Assembly: GCA_040386535.1 (NCBI GenBank)
Contig: JAZKFH010000025.1
Span: 140,994 to 204,993, forward strand
Length of the DNA: 64,000 bases
Direction of reading: 5' to 3'
DNA from: Myxococcota bacterium
GTDB lineage: Bacteria; Myxococcota_A; UBA796; SXON01
The position numbers and the translations under genes were made by a program. How positions within the stretch are numbered: position 1 is the first letter of the stretch; every line of letters begins with the position of its first letter. Under the pieces are notes generated by a model. The model had not been told where the DNA came from. It worked only from the letters and a program-made list of their open reading frames with translations, and did no database searches. Positions 58,262 to 64,000 of this stretch are shown here, piece by piece.

Positions 58262-59272
58262 CGGCTCGCGCCGACGCCCCGGCTCATGAGGCCCTGGCTC
58301 GTTCCCCGGCGAAGGGGGCGGCTCGTCGAGCGTGTCGTCGGGGCCCGGCAGCCGATCCGCCTTCTTGTGATGCTCGAGGAGCCCGCGCTCACGGCGCCGG
58401 GAACCCGCACGGCGGCCGTACACCTGGGTGAACTCCGCGCCGAACAGCAGGATCTGCGCCGACCAGAACACCCACACCATGAACGCCACCAGCGATCCGG
58501 CGGCGCCGTAGGCCGTCGTCACCCCCGCGTGTTCGATGTAGGCCGCGATGCCGCTGCGCCCGATGCCGAAGAGCAGCGTGGTCACGATCGCGCCCATCCA
58601 CACGTCGCCCCACGCCACCTTCACGTCCGGCAGCAACTTGAACATCGTGGCGAACAACGCGGTGACGAGCGTGAAGGAGAGCAGCTGGTAGGCCAGCGCG
58701 AGGTGGCCGGGGGAGAGGGCCAGCCACTGCCCGAGGAGGTCGCCGGCCATGGACACCACGGTGCCGAGCGCGAGGGACGCGAGCAACATCGCCCCCATCA
58801 GGAGGACCATCAGCGCGCCGAAGCCCTGGCGGCGGAGCAGCGTCACGACGCCGTTCCCCTTCGGCACGGGCGCGTCCCAGATGTGGTTGAAGCTGCCGCG
58901 GAGCTGCACGAACAGGGTCGATGCGGCGACCAGCAGCGTCGCGAGCGCGATGACGGTCGAGAGGAGGCCCGAGTCCGGCGGGAGCGCGCGGTTGAGCAGG
59001 CCCTCGACCGCGGCGGCGCCGTCTGGCCCGAGCATCTCCTGGAGCCGGTTCGACACCTCCGCCCGCGCCGTCGACTCGCCGTACAGCAGCCCCGCGATCG
59101 AGATGGCGAGGACCAGCACCGGCGCGATCGAGAACAGCGTGTAGTAGGCGAGCGCGGCGCCATGGCGCGTGGCGTCGTCGTCCACGAACTCGGTCACCGT
59201 CTCCTTGAGCACGGTCCAGGCGAGGCGCGCGCGGCCGAGGAGGGTGAGCCGCAGCTGGCGGGGGGAGGCCAC
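58235..59272 (-). CDS. YihY/virulence factor BrkB family membrane protein
   Basis: AALAYYTLFSIAP, FKLLPD, YGAAGSL, LLFGAEF. Confidence 0.9.
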   Translation of the reverse strand: MASPRQLRLTLLGRARLAWTVLKETVTEFVDDDATRHGAALAYYTLFSIAPVLVLAISIAGLLYGESTARAEVSNRLQEMLGPDGAAAVEGLLNRALPPDSGLLSTVIALATLLVAASTLFVQLRGSFNHIWDAPVPKGNGVVTLLRRQGFGALMVLLMGAMLLASLALGTVVSMAGDLLGQWLALSPGHLALAYQLLSFTLVTALFATMFKLLPDVKVAWGDVWMGAIVTTLLFGIGRSGIAAYIEHAGVTTAYGAAGSLVAFMVWVFWSAQILLFGAEFTQVYGRRAGSRRRERGLLEHHKKADRLPGPDDTLDEPPPSPGNEPGPHEPGRRREPLREDRRHE

Positions 59273-59275
59273 GCC

Positions 59276-61768
59276 TCACCCACCCAGGCGCTGGAGCACG
59301 TCCGCGTCGAGACGCTGGTCGACCGCGTCGAGGGCTCCCCACGGGTCGGGCGGGAGCTCGCGCAGGAGCGCGTGGAGCGTGTAGCGATCGCCGGAGCCGA
59401 CGGCCGCGAGCGCGTCCCAGGCCACCGGCACCGCGATCGGCGCGCCCGGCCGCGCGCGGGGTGACCACGCCGCCACCGCCGTGCTCGTGGAGGTGTTGCG
59501 GAGCCAGTCGAGGTACACGCGGCGCTCCCGGCTGGTCTTCGCCATCTTCGCGGTGATCTTCTCGGGATCGGCCTTGGCGAGCCCCTCGGCGACGAGGCGA
59601 CAGAACGGTTTTGCCACCTCCCAGGGCGCGTGCGGCCGCAGCGGCACCACCACGTGGATGCCCTTTCCGCCGGTGACCTTGGCGAAGCTCCGCAGGCCGA
59701 GCGCGGCGAGGCGATCGTGCACCCGCCCGGCGACCTCGAGGAGCTGTCCCCACGGGACGCCGGGCCCGGGGTCGAGGTCGAAGATGAGGCGATCCGGGCG
59801 GTCCAGATCGTCGATGCGCACGCCCCACGGATGGATCTCGAGGCCGCCGATCTGCGCGACACCGACGAGGCCGGCGCGTTCGTCGACCCACAGGTAGGGC
59901 TGGTTGTCGCCATGCCCCGGTACGCGGACGCCCTGGAACCCCTCCGGCAGCCCCTCGGTCACGTGCCGTTGGTAGAAACACCCCGCGTCCTGGCCGCTCG
60001 GGCAACGCACCAGCGTGAGCGGCCGCCGGGCGATCTCGGGGAGCATACGGTCGGCGACCCGATCGAGGTAGTCGGCGAGCTCCCGCTTGGTCACCGCCCC
60101 CTGGTCGCGGTTGGGAGGCCAGAGCACGCGGTCGGGGTTGGTGAGGCGTACACCTTCCGTGCGCGGGGGCGGCGCCGTCGGTGTCTCCGGGGCTTCCTGA
60201 TCGACGACCTCCTCTTTCATCGGGACCTCCAGCCGCACCTCTTCTGGGCGCTTGTCTTCGCGGATGCCGAGGAACACGGGGTGACGGAGCCGCTGGTAGG
60301 GCGTCCATCCGGTGAACTTGACCTCGGCGACGAGCGTGGGCTCCACCCAGTGGCAGCCGCGGGCCTCGGCGCCCGTGGGCGGATCGACGACTGGCGGCGT
60401 GGGGCGCTCCTTTGGTTGGAGCCGCGCCCGCAGCGAGGTGAGCGTGGCCTCGTCGAAGCCGGTGCCGACGCGCCCGGCGAAGCGCCAGGTCTCCGCGTCC
60501 CGGTACGCCGCGAGCAGCGCGCCGAGCCCGGTTCGGCTGCCCGCGGGGTCGGTCCACCCCACGATCACGAACTCCTGCCGCAGCCCGCACCGCACCTTGA
60601 GCCAGCCGCGGCCCCGGCCTGAGCGATAGGGCGCGTCGGACCGCTTGCTGACGATCCCTTCGAGCCCGTGCTCGCAGGCCGCGCGGTGGAACAGGGCGCC
60701 GTTGCCCGCGACCTGCTCGACGAGGCGGATCGGGGGGATCGCGTCGCGGAGCACCTCGGTGAGGATCGCGCACCGCCGCGAGAGCGGCAGCCCGCGCAGA
60801 TCGTGCCCGTCGAGGTGGAGCAGATCGAACGCGTAGTAGACCTGCCGCTCGGATCGCCCCTGCTCCAGCGCCCCCACGAGCTTGCCGAAGTCGCTCCGCC
60901 CCTCCGCGTCGAGGACCACGACCTCGCCGTCCAGGAGCGCAGCGGTGACCGGGAGCGTCGCGGCGGCCGTCGCGATCGCGCCGAACTTGGCGGTCCAGTC
61001 GAGGCCCGATCGCGTCAGGATCCGCACGGTGCGGCCCCCGGGCCGGCCCTCCACCCGGACCAGCGCGCGGTAGCCGTCGAGCTTCATCTCGTGGCGCCAC
61101 GATGCGCCCTCCGGCGCGTGGTCGACCGCCGTGGCGAGCGCGGGCGGCACGAAGGCGGGGAGGGGACCCGGCGGCGCGTCGGGGATCGGCGGATCCCGGC
61201 CCGCCAGGATGTCCTCGAACGTGCGCCGCGTGCGGATGCTGGTCGTGCGCGTCTGCACGAGCACGTCGCCCGGCGTGGCGACGTAGGCGTCGACCTCCTT
61301 CACCAGCAGCCACGTCTCCTTGTCCGCCGGCTGCTTGGGGCGCGTCCGAACGAGGGCCCACCCACCGCGCAGGCGGTGGCCGTGCAGGGTGAACTTCAGC
61401 TTGCCGCTCGTGTAGCCCGCGTGCGGGTCCTCCTGCGGCGTCCACGTCCCCTCGTCCCAGATCATCATCGGCCCGCCGCCGTACTCACCCGCCGGGATCG
61501 CCGCCTCGAAGTCGAGGTACTCCAGCGGGTGATCCTCGGTGTGCGCCGCGAGACGCTTGTCCGCCGGGTCGAGGCTCGGGCCCTTCGGCACCGCCCAGCT
61601 CTTCAGCACGCCGTCGAGCTCCAGCCGAAGGTCGAAGTGCAAACGCGTCGCGTCGTGCTTCTGGACCACGAAGCGACGGGTCCGAACCGACGAAGGGGGC
61701 CGCGGGGCCGGCGCGGGCTCGGGGGTGCGCGCGAAGTCGCGCTTCTGCTCGTATCGGGTGAGTCCCAA
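59276..61768 (-). CDS. ligD: NHEJ DNA ligase D (phosphoesterase-ligase-polymerase)
   Basis: QKHDATRLHFDLRLE, EMKLDGYR, EGIVSKR, FDLDP, TGGKGIH, DWLRN. Confidence 0.96.
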   Translation of the reverse strand: MGLTRYEQKRDFARTPEPAPAPRPPSSVRTRRFVVQKHDATRLHFDLRLELDGVLKSWAVPKGPSLDPADKRLAAHTEDHPLEYLDFEAAIPAGEYGGGPMMIWDEGTWTPQEDPHAGYTSGKLKFTLHGHRLRGGWALVRTRPKQPADKETWLLVKEVDAYVATPGDVLVQTRTTSIRTRRTFEDILAGRDPPIPDAPPGPLPAFVPPALATAVDHAPEGASWRHEMKLDGYRALVRVEGRPGGRTVRILTRSGLDWTAKFGAIATAAATLPVTAALLDGEVVVLDAEGRSDFGKLVGALEQGRSERQVYYAFDLLHLDGHDLRGLPLSRRCAILTEVLRDAIPPIRLVEQVAGNGALFHRAACEHGLEGIVSKRSDAPYRSGRGRGWLKVRCGLRQEFVIVGWTDPAGSRTGLGALLAAYRDAETWRFAGRVGTGFDEATLTSLRARLQPKERPTPPVVDPPTGAEARGCHWVEPTLVAEVKFTGWTPYQRLRHPVFLGIREDKRPEEVRLEVPMKEEVVDQEAPETPTAPPPRTEGVRLTNPDRVLWPPNRDQGAVTKRELADYLDRVADRMLPEIARRPLTLVRCPSGQDAGCFYQRHVTEGLPEGFQGVRVPGHGDNQPYLWVDERAGLVGVAQIGGLEIHPWGVRIDDLDRPDRLIFDLDPGPGVPWGQLLEVAGRVHDRLAALGLRSFAKVTGGKGIHVVVPLRPHAPWEVAKPFCRLVAEGLAKADPEKITAKMAKTSRERRVYLDWLRNTSTSTAVAAWSPRARPGAPIAVPVAWDALAAVGSGDRYTLHALLRELPPDPWGALDAVDQRLDADVLQRLGG

Positions 61769-61771
61769 GGA

Positions 61772-62674
61772 CTACGCCTCCTCCTTCTTGCGCTTCCGCG
61801 TGGGTTTCTTCGCCGCGACTTCGGGAGTGGCTTCGGGAGCGACTTCGGGAGCGGCCGGGGGTGGCTCCGCGGCCGGCGCTGCCCCCTTGCCCTTCACCGC
61901 CTCCAAACTCCGCTTGAGTAGCGCCATGATGTCGACCGCCTCGGTGATCGGCGCCTCCTCCGTCGGCTGCGCGGAGACCCGCCCGGTGCGCGCCTTCTCG
62001 TCGATCACCCGCTCGAGCTGCGCGCGGAACTCGTCGTGGTACCGCGTCGGGTCCCACGTCTCCTCCAGCGAGGACACGAGGAGCTCCGCCATCTTCAGCT
62101 CCTTGTCGCCCACCCCGAGCGCTTCGAGCTCGCCCTTCGGCAGGTCGAACTCCTTGGTGTCCCGCACCTCCTCGGCGTAGCGGAGCAGCTCCAACACGAG
62201 GATGTCGCCGCGCACGATGAGCGCGCCGAGGTACTGCCGTGTGCGGAGGACCACCTTGGCGATGCCGATCTTCCCGCTGCGGCGCAGCGTCTCGCGTAGC
62301 AGCGCGTACGCCTTGGCGGTGCGCTTCTCCGGCGCCACGTAGTAGGGGCGCACGAAGTAGCGGGGATCGAGCTCGTCGGCGGCGATGAACGCCACGATGT
62401 CGATGCTCCGGGTGCTCTCGGCGGCGGCCGCCTTGATCTCTTCGTCTTCGAGCAGCACCCAGGCGCCTTCGGCCGCCTCCGCCGCCTTCGCGATCTCCTC
62501 CGACGGCACCTCTTCGCCCGTTCGCTTGTTGACACGTTTGTACCCGATGGGTGACATGTCGCGCCGGTCGACCATGTGAAGGTCGAGGTCAGTGTCGCTC
62601 GTCGCGGGGTAGAGGCCGACGGGGATCTGCACCAGCCCGAAGCTGATGTGCCCTTTCCAGATGACACGTGCCAT
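61772..62674 (-). CDS. ku: NHEJ Ku protein
   Basis: WKGHISFGLVQIPV, YFVRPYY, AYALL, YHDEFR, DIMALLKRSL, basic tail. Confidence 0.96.
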   Translation of the reverse strand: MARVIWKGHISFGLVQIPVGLYPATSDTDLDLHMVDRRDMSPIGYKRVNKRTGEEVPSEEIAKAAEAAEGAWVLLEDEEIKAAAAESTRSIDIVAFIAADELDPRYFVRPYYVAPEKRTAKAYALLRETLRRSGKIGIAKVVLRTRQYLGALIVRGDILVLELLRYAEEVRDTKEFDLPKGELEALGVGDKELKMAELLVSSLEETWDPTRYHDEFRAQLERVIDEKARTGRVSAQPTEEAPITEAVDIMALLKRSLEAVKGKGAAPAAEPPPAAPEVAPEATPEVAAKKPTRKRKKEEA

Positions 62675-62794
62675 GAGCCCAAGGTAGGGGCGCGGGCTCG
62701 GCAAGCAACGTGGAGCGCGGCCGCGGTACGGATGGCGCCCTCCCAAGGAAAAGGGGGCCCTCCCGCGCAGAGCCTGCGGAGTTATCTTTCCTGG

Positions 62795-63889
62795 ATGAGC
62801 ACCACCGTCACCGGCACCGCCACCAAGATGAAGCTCCAGCCCGGCGTGATCACGGGCGCCGCGCTGCAGGACCTGTTCGCCTACATGAAGGAGGCCGAAT
62901 GTGCCCTCCCGGCGGTGAACGTGATCAACACCCACGGCGCCAACGCGGCGATGCAGGCGGCGAAGGAGGCCAAGGCCCCCGTCATCATCCAGCTCTCGCA
63001 CGGCGGCGCACACTTCTACGCGGGCAAGTGGCTCCCGGACGCGAACTCGGCGGCCGTCTACGGCGGCGTGTCCGCCGCGCTCCACGTGCACACCGTGGCC
63101 GAGGCCTATGGCGTGCCGGTCATCCTCCACACCGACCACGCGGCCAAGAAGCTGCTCCCGTGGGTCGAGGGCCTCTTGACCGAGGGCGAGAAGTACTACG
63201 CCATCCACAAGCGCCCCCTGTTCTCCTCCCACATGCTCGATCTCTCCGAGGAACCCCTGGCGGAGAACCTCGAGATCTGCCGCCGCATCCTCGAGCGGAT
63301 GAACCGCATCGACATGACGCTCGAGATCGAGCTCGGTGTCACCGGCGGGGAGGAGGACGGCGTGGACAACTCCGATCTCGACAACTCCAAGCTCTACACC
63401 CAGCCGGCCGACGTACTCGCGGCGTACGACGCCCTGAAGGACGTGGGGAACTTCACCATCGCCGCCTCGTTCGGCAATACGCACGGCGTGTACAAGCCGG
63501 GCAACGTCAAGCTGACCCCCATCATCCTGAAGAACAGCCAGGACGAGATCGCGCGCCTGCGCGGCGGCGGGCCCAAGCCGGTGAACTTCGTGTTCCACGG
63601 CGGCTCCGGCTCCACCCCCGAGGAGATCCGCGAGGCGGTGTCCTACGGCGTCGTGAAGATGAACATCGACACGGACACCCAGTGGGCGTTCACCCAGCCG
63701 ATCAAGAAGTACATGGACGAGAAGGACGCCTATCTGCGCGGCCAGATCGGCAATCCCGACGGCGAGGACAAGCCCAACAAGAAGTACATCGACCCCCGCG
63801 GGTGGCTGCACCTCGGTGAGAAGGGCGTGGCGACGCGGCTCGTGCAGGCGTTCGCCGACCTCGGCGCGGTCGGGAAGTTCGATCTCTAA
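62795..63889 (+). CDS. fbaA: class II fructose-bisphosphate aldolase
   Basis: HTDHAAKKLLPW, SHMLDLS, GGEEDG, FGNTHGVYKPG, FHGGSG, NIDTD. Confidence 0.96.
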   Translation: MSTTVTGTATKMKLQPGVITGAALQDLFAYMKEAECALPAVNVINTHGANAAMQAAKEAKAPVIIQLSHGGAHFYAGKWLPDANSAAVYGGVSAALHVHTVAEAYGVPVILHTDHAAKKLLPWVEGLLTEGEKYYAIHKRPLFSSHMLDLSEEPLAENLEICRRILERMNRIDMTLEIELGVTGGEEDGVDNSDLDNSKLYTQPADVLAAYDALKDVGNFTIAASFGNTHGVYKPGNVKLTPIILKNSQDEIARLRGGGPKPVNFVFHGGSGSTPEEIREAVSYGVVKMNIDTDTQWAFTQPIKKYMDEKDAYLRGQIGNPDGEDKPNKKYIDPRGWLHLGEKGVATRLVQAFADLGAVGKFDL

Positions 63890-64000
63890 GGGCTCGGGCC
63901 CCTGGGCGTGAGGGGACCGATGCGCCGTGTCCGAGTGGTCATCCGCCAATGCCATTGACTTAGGAGGAATCCTGAGGTTGGCCGATCCTTTTCTTGGGGT

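Noticed and set aside
61772..63955. 727-aa ORF as an extended Ku fusion
   Set aside because: The N-terminal part is the antisense shadow of fbaA; Ku starts at ATG 62674
40355..64000. Prophage or integrative element at the tRNA-Met pair
   Set aside because: No integrase, phage or transposase genes, no att-like duplication seen, and composition looks similar to the core region

Overview
GC-rich bacterial chromosome segment, probably Myxococcota/deltaproteobacterial (inferred from gene order, a CglF/GltF-like gliding protein and many lipoproteins with acidic D/T linkers). Bases 1-40.4 kb are mostly core genes: queA-tgt-yajC-secD-secF-ihfB, PIN-PhoH, birA, coaX, phoH-7TM-HD-ybeY-prfB (+1 frameshift), lysS-lolE/C-lolD-bamA-skp-lpxD-fabZ-lpxA-gnnA-like-lpxB, a divergent Hsp70, tRNA-Leu(UAA), rpsU, lptE-holA, rpsT, scpA-scpB-rluB and two identical initiator tRNA-Met genes. 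Bases 40.4-64 kb are accessory: beta-helix lipoproteins, an MBL hydrolase, a Gcr-family membrane protein, a sulfatase-like/EF-hand pair, a Ski2-like helicase, frmA-fghA, cutA, yihY, ligD, ku and fbaA. The two most interesting items are cassettes sitting inside core operons. (1) A DUF692/MNIO oxidase with an apparently swapped iron-ligand set, plus a coupled partner and no visible precursor peptide, lies between prfB and lysS. (2) A plant-like phytochelatin synthase domain, coupled to a Thr-type sulfatase-fold enzyme, lies antisense between fabZ and lpxA. No CRISPR array, integrase or transposase was seen. All family calls come from motif recognition by eye, not database searches; start codons of hypothetical genes are best guesses.
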